This document shows positions 55,381 through 63,381 of a stretch of DNA of 64,000 nt, one piece after another; positions within the stretch are counted from its first letter, which is position 1; each line of letters starts with the position of its first letter. The translations under genes and the position numbers were made by a program. The notes beneath the pieces were generated by a model, which was not told the origin of the DNA, ran no database searches, and saw nothing but the letters and a program-made list of their open reading frames with translations. Location of the stretch: NCBI GenBank assembly GCA_963789855.1, contig CAWBMM010000002.1, positions 324,353 through 388,352 of the forward strand, given 5' to 3'. This DNA comes from an uncultured Actinomycetota bacterium (GTDB lineage Bacteria > Actinomycetota > Actinomycetes > JACCUZ01).

Positions 55381-56592
55381 TCAACAGCTTCCCAAGCTGA
55401 CAGTGCGAGTTCGATTCTCGTCACCCGCTCCATGCGTCCTCCCATGCGGGCGGCGCACTCCGGCATAGATGTCGAGGTGTCGTCGCGCGCTCTGCTCCCA
55501 GGTGAAGCGCGCTGCGACGGCGCGGCCCGCGCGGACGAGCGACCTCCGAAGGTCGTCGTCCTCCAGGGTGGCCAGCAGGCCGGTCGCCAGGCCGCCGACG
55601 TCACCCGGCACCACCATGATCGCGTCGCGTCCGGGCACGAGGTACTCCCGGAACACGGGCAGGTCACTGGTGACCACCGGGATGCCGGCGCTCATCGCCT
55701 CGAGCACGGCCAGCCCGAAGCCCTCCTTCACCGACGGGAAGGCCAGCACGTCGGCGGCGGCGTACCAGGCGGGGATGTCGGCGTCGGGGACGGTGCCGAC
55801 GAGGACGACGTCGTCGTCCATCGTCAGACCCAGCTCTGGAAGCAGGCCGAGCACCCGCTCGCGGTAAGGCCGGTGGTCCTGGAACGAGTGGCCGCCGACG
55901 ACCGCGAGCACCGGTGCCACCTCCCGGTTGGCTTTGATCTCGGCCAATGCGCGCACGAGTGTGTCGCTGCCCTTGCGGGGCTCGATGCCGCCGACGGCAA
56001 GGACGAGCGGCCGACGGTTCGCGCCCACGTCGTCGCGTAGCTGCGCGGCTCGGTCACGGTCCGCCGCGGCGAAGCGACCGATGTCGACACCGTTGGGCAC
56101 CACGCCGGCGTGGACGCCGTAGTCCTGCTCGAGGATCTGCTGCCACGCCTGGCTGACCGTCAGCACGACGTCGGGCTCGAGGATCGCCGCGCGCTGGCAG
56201 TCCATCAGGACCTGGCTGGAGAAGTCGTCGACGTGGTGCACGGTCCGCACGACGGTCACCGATGCGCCTCCGTCACGAACCCGCGCCGCGGCGCGGGCCG
56301 CGATGCAGTCCTGCGCATGCAGCAGCGGGGCGTCGGTCTCGGCCAGCGCTGCGGCGAGCCGGTCGATGCTGGCGGCGACCTTGTCCTCGAGCGCGAGACC
56401 ACCGGACGGCCCCGGCACGACCGTCACCGGCGCGGCGACCGGGCGGAAGAATCCCGTCGCCGGCTCGCCGAGGGCCAGCACCCGCACCGACACGCCAGCC
56501 GCGTGCAGCGCCTCGGCGAGAGCCAGCGTGTGCACGACCCCCCCGCGCGGCTTGGTGGAGTACGTGAGCAGCAGCACCTCGGACTCGCTCAC
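55381..56592 (-). CDS. GT4-family glycosyltransferase (MSMEG_0565-family-like)
   Basis: GTG start at 56592 (VSESEVLLLTYSTKPRGGVVHTLALAEAL…) overlaps the fdrA stop (GTGA). The C-terminal GT-B motif …FPSVKEGFGLAVLEAMSAGIPVV… is present. The ORF runs through attR and stops at 55381. Confidence 0.8.
   Translation of the reverse strand: MSESEVLLLTYSTKPRGGVVHTLALAEALHAAGVSVRVLALGEPATGFFRPVAAPVTVVPGPSGGLALEDKVAASIDRLAAALAETDAPLLHAQDCIAARAAARVRDGGASVTVVRTVHHVDDFSSQVLMDCQRAAILEPDVVLTVSQAWQQILEQDYGVHAGVVPNGVDIGRFAAADRDRAAQLRDDVGANRRPLVLAVGGIEPRKGSDTLVRALAEIKANREVAPVLAVVGGHSFQDHRPYRERVLGLLPELGLTMDDDVVLVGTVPDADIPAWYAAADVLAFPSVKEGFGLAVLEAMSAGIPVVTSDLPVFREYLVPGRDAIMVVPGDVGGLATGLLATLEDDDLRRSLVRAGRAVAARFTWEQSARRHLDIYAGVRRPHGRTHGAGDENRTRTVSLGSC
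55385..55431 (+). repeat. attR core (displaced 3' part of tRNA-Gly)
   Basis: 47/47 identity to 38500-38546. No tRNA 5' half lies upstream of it. Confidence 0.9.
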
Positions 56593-58154
56593 AGCCCTCC
56601 TTCCGCCAGCGCCGGTTTGCGCAGAGCCAGCGCGCAGGCGGCGTACGCCGCACGGGCGTTGGTCTCCGGAACGATGCAGCCCACCGCCTCCAGCGCAGCC
56701 CGCTGCACGGAGTAGACCTGCGGGTCGCCCTCGGTGCCGAGGACGTAGGCAACGACCTGGGGGCCGGAGCCGGCCATCAGCTCCTGACACACCGGCGCCA
56801 GCAGGCTGGCCGGGTCGGGATGACTGCCGTGGCCCAGCACGACGTCGAGCAGCACGACGGCGACATCGGGGTCGTCGCCCAGCTCGCGCAGCATCGCGAG
56901 CCGGCCGCTCGGCTCGATCATCGGATGAGGCACGCCGCGCGTGTACTCCTCCGCACCGAGGTCGAGCAGCACGTGCGCGCGGTCGGGTGCGGGCAGACCG
57001 TGCCGCGCGCGTAACGGCTCGTTGGAGTAGACGTCACCGAGCAGCTCCTCGACGATCAGCTGCGCCTCGAAGCACAGGGTGCCGCCGGAGAACAGGCCGC
57101 GCACCGTGCGCCGACCGGGAGCCACGCGGGTACTCGCCGCCTCGACCCTGTCGACGAGTCCTCCTGCGGGCGCCGGCGCGGACCCGCCGACGAGCCGCAA
57201 CGCCTCGCGCGCGCCGCGCTCCAGCGTGCTCACCTGCTGCACGACCGCGTCGTCGCCGGTGCCGGGCAGGCCGAGAAACACCGCGACGCCGGGTGTCTGC
57301 CTGCACTGCTGCAGCACGTGGCCGGCCGCCCCCGGGCTGGGCGGCTTGGAGACCACGAGCACCGCGCCGGTACCCGGATCGTCATCCAGCGTCCGCACTG
57401 CGAGGCCCGCCATCAGCCCACCGACCTGCTCGGACAGGTCGCGACCACCGACACCGATCACCGAGGTGACCTCGGCGCCCCAGCGGTCGAGCAGGGCCGA
57501 AACCTCCTGCGCACCCGTCCCGGCCGCCGCCACGACACCGACCCGTGGCGCCGCGTCGCCCGACGATGAGCCGAGGACGTTGGCGAACCCCAGCCCGATG
57601 CCGGCCAGCACGGCCGTGCCCGCCCCGGGCCCCATCACCAGGAGCCCCAGTCCAGCCGCGCGCTCCTTGAGCTCGATCTCCTCCTCGAGGGTCACACCGT
57701 CGCTGAACAGCAGCACGTGCAGGCCGGACGTCAAGGCATGATGGGCCTCGAGCGCGGCGTACTCGCCGGGCACGGAGACGACGGCGACGTTGAGGTCGCG
57801 GTGGAGGCGCACGGCCTCCGCGATGCTCGCCGGGTTGCCTTCTGCGGTGCCGGTCGGCTGCCGCTCGCGCTCCGCGAAGGCCGCGCGCCACCCGGCGTCC
57901 AGCGCTGCCTGCACGGCCTCGTCATCGCGGGCGCGGACGGCGAGCACCACGTCGTTCGCGGTCGTCGAGCTCAGCTCGCCTCCGACGAAGCCGCCGCCCG
58001 CCAGCTCCTCGAGACCGCGGGGGGTCGCCATCGCCGCGCCGGCCCACTCCACGCCGGCGGACTGCTCCATCGTGACCGTCGCCGACATCAGCAGCAGTGA
58101 GTCGAGGTAGGCGCCGGGGTGGACGCGCAGCCCGGAGGCGGTCATGTCGCGCAC
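56589..58154 (-). CDS. fdrA: FdrA-family protein (succinyl-CoA-synthetase-alpha-like acyl-CoA ligase fold)
   Basis: Intact 521-aa ORF: …GAYLDSLLLMS…VVSVPGEYAALEAHHALTSGLHVLLFSDGV…LVMGPGAGTAVL…. An alternative ATG at 58145 overlaps the carbamate kinase stop (ATGA). Confidence 0.8.
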   Translation of the reverse strand: MRDMTASGLRVHPGAYLDSLLLMSATVTMEQSAGVEWAGAAMATPRGLEELAGGGFVGGELSSTTANDVVLAVRARDDEAVQAALDAGWRAAFAERERQPTGTAEGNPASIAEAVRLHRDLNVAVVSVPGEYAALEAHHALTSGLHVLLFSDGVTLEEEIELKERAAGLGLLVMGPGAGTAVLAGIGLGFANVLGSSSGDAAPRVGVVAAAGTGAQEVSALLDRWGAEVTSVIGVGGRDLSEQVGGLMAGLAVRTLDDDPGTGAVLVVSKPPSPGAAGHVLQQCRQTPGVAVFLGLPGTGDDAVVQQVSTLERGAREALRLVGGSAPAPAGGLVDRVEAASTRVAPGRRTVRGLFSGGTLCFEAQLIVEELLGDVYSNEPLRARHGLPAPDRAHVLLDLGAEEYTRGVPHPMIEPSGRLAMLRELGDDPDVAVVLLDVVLGHGSHPDPASLLAPVCQELMAGSGPQVVAYVLGTEGDPQVYSVQRAALEAVGCIVPETNARAAYAACALALRKPALAEGGL

Positions 58155-59164
58155 CCGACAGGCGCCGCGGCCCGCTCGATGCGTGTGCCGGCAGCGGGGT
58201 CGCCGGCGACGACATCGGCGAGTCGCTCGGCGCAGGTGATGACCGCCCGCTGGCCCCCCTCGCGCACGAACTGCACAGCGGCAGCGACCTTGGGACCCAT
58301 GCTCCCTGCCGGGAACTGCCCTTGCTCCGCAAGCCGTTCGGCCTCGTCAGCGGAGAGCATGTGCACCGGTCGCTGCTGCGGCGTCCCGTGGTCGAGCATC
58401 ACCGCATCGACGCCGGTCAGCAGGATCAGCTCGCGGGCGCCCAGCGACGAGGCCAGCACAGCGGCCGAGCGGTCCTTGTCGATGACCGCGTCGACGCCGG
58501 CGACCTCGCCGTCGCCGGTGATGCGTACGGCGACGCCGCCTCCCCCCGCGGCCAGCACGACGTGCCCGGCGTCGAGCAGCGTGCGGATCGCCGAGATCTC
58601 GACGATGCCGATCGGCGACGGCGAGGCGACCACCCGCCGGTAGCCGCGCCCGGCGTCCTCGACGACGCACCAGCCGCGTTGGCGGGCGAGCGCGGCGGCG
58701 CGCTCGGCGGTGAAGAACGGCCCGACCGGCTTGGTGGGGAGGCGGAACGCCGGGTCCTTGAGGTCCACCCGCACGTGCGTCACGAGCGCGACGGCGGTGC
58801 CGGTGCCGCACACGCGGTCGACCTCGCGGGCGAGCACGCCACCAAGCTGACCCTGCGTCATCGCGACCAGCTGGTGCAGCGGCTGGGCCGGCACCAGGTG
58901 GGTGCCCTCCTCCTGCTGGATCGCCAGGTTCCCCACCTGAGGGCCGTTGCCGTGCACGACCGCGACGCCCCACCCGGCAGCGACCAGCAGGGCCAGGCTG
59001 CCCGCCATCTGCCGCGCGTTCGCCGCGATCTCGCTCGCGGTGCCCGCCTCGCCGGCGGCCGTCATGGCGTTGCCACCGACCGCGACCACCGCGAGTGGTC
59101 TGATGGGCTCCGCGGGCTCCGACGGCGGCGCCGCGCGTCGGATAGCAGATGCCATGTGCACCAT
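58142..59164 (-). CDS. arcC: Carbamate kinase
   Basis: Intact 340-aa ORF: …AVVAVGGNAM…VVHGNGPQVGNL…GGGGVAV…AVIDKDRSAAVLA…FPAGSMGPKV…. Confidence 0.85.
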   Translation of the reverse strand: MVHMASAIRRAAPPSEPAEPIRPLAVVAVGGNAMTAAGEAGTASEIAANARQMAGSLALLVAAGWGVAVVHGNGPQVGNLAIQQEEGTHLVPAQPLHQLVAMTQGQLGGVLAREVDRVCGTGTAVALVTHVRVDLKDPAFRLPTKPVGPFFTAERAAALARQRGWCVVEDAGRGYRRVVASPSPIGIVEISAIRTLLDAGHVVLAAGGGGVAVRITGDGEVAGVDAVIDKDRSAAVLASSLGARELILLTGVDAVMLDHGTPQQRPVHMLSADEAERLAEQGQFPAGSMGPKVAAAVQFVREGGQRAVITCAERLADVVAGDPAAGTRIERAAAPVGCAT

Positions 59165-59190
59165 AGTGAACTAGCGTTGCGAGGAGCGCA

Positions 59191-59847
59191 ATGTCTCGAA
59201 CGGAGGGTGCGGACCGCCCCGTCGATGCGCCTCTCGTCGCGTCCTGGCAGGCCGCCGAGGCCGACCTGTTCACCCTGGTGCTCAGCTCGCCGGCGCTCTA
59301 CGAGGACGTCGTCACGGCGCTCGGCGCGACGGTAGACGATCTGCGCGCACTCGGGTCGTCCACTGCCGACCTGCTGGGGGCATCCGGCACCGCCGAGGCG
59401 CTGGCCCGTGACCGGCTGGCGGCTACCGCGACCGCGCGGTTCCTGAAGCCGGACCTGGTCGCTCGGGCCGCGCTGGCGGTGCGGCACCGCGAGATGGTCG
59501 CCGAGCAGGCCTCCGCTCGCCGGCACGCGCTGCTGACCGCAGCGCGCAACGAGGGCAGGACGTGGGCCGTGCTCGAGGAGCGGGGCGCACCGGCGGGCGA
59601 CGTCTACGCGCCGTACCGGCGGCTCGAGGCGCACTCCGGCACCGGCGACGCCGTCCTCGTCACTGCAGGCCCCGACGAGGAGTTCCGCACCTGCGAGCAC
59701 CGTGTCGAGGTCCTGCGCGTCGAGCTGGCGACCGGCCGGCTGGACGAGCCGCCCGCACCGGTGCCCACGCCGTTCGCCTGCCGGTCCGAGGCAGAGCGCG
59801 AGGCCTGGGTCGAGGCGTGGCGTGCGGCGCTGAGCAGTCCCGACTGA
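59191..59847 (+). CDS. Hypothetical protein (218 aa), first gene of the radical-SAM transcription unit
   Basis: Intact GC3-rich ORF. No family recognised. It diverges from arcC with only 26 nt between the start codons. Confidence 0.5.
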   Translation: MSRTEGADRPVDAPLVASWQAAEADLFTLVLSSPALYEDVVTALGATVDDLRALGSSTADLLGASGTAEALARDRLAATATARFLKPDLVARAALAVRHREMVAEQASARRHALLTAARNEGRTWAVLEERGAPAGDVYAPYRRLEAHSGTGDAVLVTAGPDEEFRTCEHRVEVLRVELATGRLDEPPAPVPTPFACRSEAEREAWVEAWRAALSSPD

Positions 59848-59916
59848 ACCTCTTGCCTCCCACCAGGTTGTGTCGGATAGTGAACGTCAGTCGGTCACTC
59901 CTAGCGAGGGCAGCAC

Positions 59917-61104
59917 ATGACGGAGCAGAGCGCCGCAGGTCACGATCGTCCGGCCGCCGCCCACGTGGTGGCAGAGCTGATCACCGCGCTGCAGAGCACC
60001 GGGCTGCGGGTCGAGGTCCCGATCGGCGCGCGGGCCGGCGGGGCCGGCCCGGCCGATGCCGGGATGCTCTACATCGAGGGCGTGCAGACCACGGTGCCGA
60101 CCAGCGCGGGGTACGTCGCGAGCTCGCCCTACGTCCTGCGTGGCGAGGACGACGGCGGCTGGGGCGTCTACCGCGACGACGACCGGTTGGCCACCGCCGC
60201 GCTCGCCCCACGCCCCGCCTACTACGACCTGACCACCGACGAGGGCATCCCCTACTGGCAGATCGCCCTGCTGCACCTCGACTCCGTCGCCAGCACCGTC
60301 CTGCAGACGTGCGCCTACTGGGGCAACGCCGACCAGTGCACGTTCTGCGGGATCGGTGTCACGCTGGCCAACGGGCGCACGATCGCGAAGAAGACGCCGC
60401 AGATGCTCGCCGAGGTCGCCGTCGCGGCACGCGACCTCGACGGTGCGGTGGACGCGACGCTGACCACCGGCAGCACCGCGACCCCGGACCGGGGAGCGCT
60501 GTACGTCGGCCGCTGCGGTGAGGCGGTCAAGGCCGCCGCCGGTCTTCCGGTGCAGGTGCAGTTCGAGCCCCCGTCGGACCTCGACGTGATCGACCAGGTG
60601 GCCGACATGGGCGTCGACTCGGTCGGCATCCACGTCGAGACCTTCGACCCCGACGTGCTCGCGCGGGTCGCCCCTGGCAAGGCCCGCTGGGGCATCGAGG
60701 CCTACTTCACCGCATGGGAGCGCGCAGTGCGCGCGTTCGGAGCCGGGCAGGTGTCGACCTACGTCATCCTCGGCATGGGCGAGGACGAGAAGCTCATCGT
60801 CGAGGGCTGCAAACGGGCGATCGACCTCGGCGTCTACCCGTTCGTGGTCCCGCTCCGGCCGACGCCGGGCAGCCTGATGCAGGACCTGCTGCCGCCGCCG
60901 AAGGAGGCCGTCGAGGCGGTCTACCGGCAGATCGTCCCGTACCTCGCGCGCAAGGGCATGTCGGCGTCCGGTGTCGCGGCCGGCTGCGCCCGCTGCCAGG
61001 CGTGCTCGGGGCTTGGTGCGTTCGAGAGATCTGGTGCTGTCGACAAGGCGGACGGAGGCATCCTCGATGGACGTCGTACGCTCCCGCTGGCCGTCAACGC
61101 CTGA
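59917..61104 (+). CDS. Radical-SAM-like protein with non-canonical CX8CX2C motif (MSMEG_0568-family-like)
   Basis: Intact 395-aa ORF. Cys132/141/144 (CAYWGNADQCTFC, nt 60310-60348), a TIM-barrel-like body (…VGIHVETFDPDVL…YVILGMGE…), and a C-terminal CARCQAC motif. Confidence 0.75.
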   Translation: MTEQSAAGHDRPAAAHVVAELITALQSTGLRVEVPIGARAGGAGPADAGMLYIEGVQTTVPTSAGYVASSPYVLRGEDDGGWGVYRDDDRLATAALAPRPAYYDLTTDEGIPYWQIALLHLDSVASTVLQTCAYWGNADQCTFCGIGVTLANGRTIAKKTPQMLAEVAVAARDLDGAVDATLTTGSTATPDRGALYVGRCGEAVKAAAGLPVQVQFEPPSDLDVIDQVADMGVDSVGIHVETFDPDVLARVAPGKARWGIEAYFTAWERAVRAFGAGQVSTYVILGMGEDEKLIVEGCKRAIDLGVYPFVVPLRPTPGSLMQDLLPPPKEAVEAVYRQIVPYLARKGMSASGVAAGCARCQACSGLGAFERSGAVDKADGGILDGRRTLPLAVNA

Positions 61105-61552
61105 CACCGCCGGCCTCGGCGCCCGCCCGGTCGACGGTCCGGTCGAGCTGGCCACACACCTGCGCATCCGGCACGCCGTCTTCGTCGACGAGCAGCGCAT
61201 GTTCAGGGGCTCCGACACCGACGCGCACGATGACGACGCAGCGACCGTGCACGTGCTTGGCGTCGACGACGGCGTTGCCGCAGGCACGGTGCGCCTCTAC
61301 CCGCTCGGCGACGGCGTCTGGAAGGGCGACCGGCTGGCCGTGCTGCCCGAGCACCGGCACAGCGGCGGGCTCGGCGCCGTCCTGGTGCGGTACGCCGTCG
61401 CGACCGCGGGCGCGCTGGGTGGCGAGCGCATGGTGGCGCAGATCCAGCTCGGCAATGTGCGGTTCTTCCGGGCGCTCGGCTGGAGCGCGGTCGGCGAGCC
61501 GGCCGACTACCTCGGCCTGCCGCACCAGCAGATGTCGATCCCGCTGCAGTGA
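61067..61552 (+). CDS. GNAT N-acetyltransferase (MSMEG_0567 N-terminal-domain-like)
   Basis: From the ATG at 61067 (MDVVRSRW…), overlapping the radical-SAM gene's 3' end by 38 nt. …IRHAVFVDEQRMF…GTVRLYP…GDRLAVLPEHRHSGGLGAVLVRYAV… is a GNAT core. Confidence 0.75.
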   Translation: MDVVRSRWPSTPDTAGLGARPVDGPVELATHLRIRHAVFVDEQRMFRGSDTDAHDDDAATVHVLGVDDGVAAGTVRLYPLGDGVWKGDRLAVLPEHRHSGGLGAVLVRYAVATAGALGGERMVAQIQLGNVRFFRALGWSAVGEPADYLGLPHQQMSIPLQ

Positions 61553-61596
61553 CGCGGACTGCGGTGACCAGGACTGCGATGACCCGCACCGTGGCC

Positions 61597-62568
61597 TCAC
61601 GGTCGGAGGTTGGTGACACCTTCCCGGTCCAGGGCGAAGACGTCGACCACCTCGGCACCGCGGCGCAGCCGCACCCGGCCGGTGTCGTCCAGCACGCCGA
61701 CCGACGTCGCGGTGAGGCCGCGCTCGGCGAACGCCGCCTGGCATGCGCCCACCCGCGCCGGCGGGCAGCACAGCAGGAAGGCGAAGCACGGGAAGCAGCC
61801 GAGCCAGTCGGCGAGGGCGACGCCGTCGGGCACCGGCACCAGGTCGAGGTCGACGGTCACACCGAGCCGGCCCGGCTCGAGCAGCATGGCCAAGGATCCC
61901 ACCAGCCCGGCCATGCTCACGTCCTTGGCGGCGACCGCGACCTCGTCGGCGGCAAGCTCGGCGAGCAGCCGCACGTCGCCCGCCAGCCGGGAGCCACGCT
62001 CGTCGAACGACGGGAAGAACGGGAAGTCGGCGCGCATCGCCCCCTCGATGCAGCAGCCGACCACCAGCTCCTGGCCGGGCGCGGCGTTCTGCGCCGACAG
62101 CACCCGGTCGGCGCGACCGACCCCGAAGGCCGACAGCGCCGGCGGGCCGTCGGTGCGGGTGAGGTGACCACCGACGATCGGCACGTCGTACAGGTCGCCT
62201 GCCCACCGCAGCCCGCGCAGCACCTCGCGGGACACCGCCTCGCTGCCGACGATCGTGTCGAGCACGGCGACCGGACGAGCGCCCATCGCGGCCAGGTCGT
62301 TGACGTTGGTCAGCACCGCGGCCACGCCCGCGCCGTACGGATCGGCGGCAACGAAGGCCGGCAGGATCGCCTCGCCGCCGACGACGACCTGGCCCGCGCC
62401 GTCGGGCAGGACCGCACCGTCGTCGCCCGGGCCGGCGTACCAGTCGCCCGGCCCCAGCACGTCGGCGACCAGCCCGATGTCGGCCTTCGCCAGCACTCCG
62501 GGCAACTGGCGCAGGTGCTGGGCGAGACCGTCCAGCTCCGTCACCGCAGCCTCCGGTCTCCTGTCCAT
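61597..62568 (-). CDS. AIR-synthase-related (PurM/ThiL/SelD-fold) protein (sll0787-family-like)
   Basis: Intact 323-aa ORF: …GPGDDGAVL…AAVLTNVNDLAAMGARPVAVLDTI…VGGHLT…AAKDVSMAGLVGSLAMLLE…. Confidence 0.8.
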   Translation of the reverse strand: MDRRPEAAVTELDGLAQHLRQLPGVLAKADIGLVADVLGPGDWYAGPGDDGAVLPDGAGQVVVGGEAILPAFVAADPYGAGVAAVLTNVNDLAAMGARPVAVLDTIVGSEAVSREVLRGLRWAGDLYDVPIVGGHLTRTDGPPALSAFGVGRADRVLSAQNAAPGQELVVGCCIEGAMRADFPFFPSFDERGSRLAGDVRLLAELAADEVAVAAKDVSMAGLVGSLAMLLEPGRLGVTVDLDLVPVPDGVALADWLGCFPCFAFLLCCPPARVGACQAAFAERGLTATSVGVLDDTGRVRLRRGAEVVDVFALDREGVTNLRP

Positions 62569-62588
62569 GTCGGCCTACGATTTCTATC

Positions 62589-63371
62589 ATGGTGAACGTG
62601 CCGCCGAGGTTCCTGGCCGTGCCCGAGCGTGCCGGGAAGCCGCGCCGGCGGGGCATCACGCACGTGCTCGACAAGGGCCTGCCGGTCGGCGAGGCCGAGG
62701 CGCTGCTCGAGGTCTGCGGGGCCTACCTCGACGTGTGGAAGCTCGGTTGGGGCACGGCCTATCTCGATCCGGGCGTCCCCGCCAAGATCGCGCTGCTCGA
62801 GGCGCACGGGGTGCTCGCGTGCACCGGAGGCACGCTGCTCGAGGTGGCCTGGCAGCAGGGGGTCGTGGACGACTTTCTCGAATGGGCCGGGCAGACGGGC
62901 TTCCCGTGCGTCGAGGTGTCCTGCGGCGCGGTCAGCATGACCACCGCTGAGAAGCACGAGCTGGTCGCGGCCGCCGCGGGCCGGTTCCTCGTGCTCGGTG
63001 AGATCGGCGCCAAGGACCCGCGGGTCGAGGTGTCGCCGAAGGCCTGGGCGCTGGCGGCTGCGGCCGACCTCGAGGCAGGCGCAACCTGGGTGGTCACCGA
63101 GGGCCGGGAGAGCGGCACCGTCGGGCTCTACACCCCCGACGGTCAGGTCCGCAGCGACGTCGTGGAGGCGGTGGTCGACATGGTCGGCGTCGACGCCGTC
63201 GTCTTCGAGGCGCCGCGCAAGGACCAGCAGGCGTGGCTCATCCGCCGGTTCGGCGCGGACGTCAACCTCGGAAACGTCGTGCCGGCCGAGGTCCTCGGGC
63301 TCGAGGCCCTGCGGCTCGGGCTGCGCGCCGACACCATCGCCACCGCCGACCGCAGCGCCGTCGCGCGGTAG
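62589..63371 (+). CDS. Phosphosulfolactate synthase (ComA)-family protein
   Basis: Intact 260-aa ORF: …KPRRRGITHVLDKGL…YLDVWKLGWGTAYL…FPCVEVSCGAV…VVTEGRESGTVGLY…VVFEAPRKDQQAWLIRRFG… matches my recollection of PF02679. Confidence 0.75.
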   Translation: MVNVPPRFLAVPERAGKPRRRGITHVLDKGLPVGEAEALLEVCGAYLDVWKLGWGTAYLDPGVPAKIALLEAHGVLACTGGTLLEVAWQQGVVDDFLEWAGQTGFPCVEVSCGAVSMTTAEKHELVAAAAGRFLVLGEIGAKDPRVEVSPKAWALAAAADLEAGATWVVTEGRESGTVGLYTPDGQVRSDVVEAVVDMVGVDAVVFEAPRKDQQAWLIRRFGADVNLGNVVPAEVLGLEALRLGLRADTIATADRSAVAR

Positions 63372-63381
63372 AGGCGGCGCG

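Larger units (their letters stand above)
38500..55431. mobile_element. Integrative (mobilisable/conjugative-type) element inserted in the 3' half of tRNA-Gly(CCC), about 16.9 kb, partly decayed
   Basis: Bounded by a perfect 47-bp direct repeat. Excisionase-like gene next to attL; tyrosine integrase next to attR; MOBF relaxase/helicase remnants inside. Core genes (dcd, tRNA) lie on the left. Confidence 0.8.

Noticed and set aside
38500-55431. Island as a prophage.
   Set aside because: No capsid, portal, terminase, tail or lysis genes were recognised. A relaxase-helicase is present instead.
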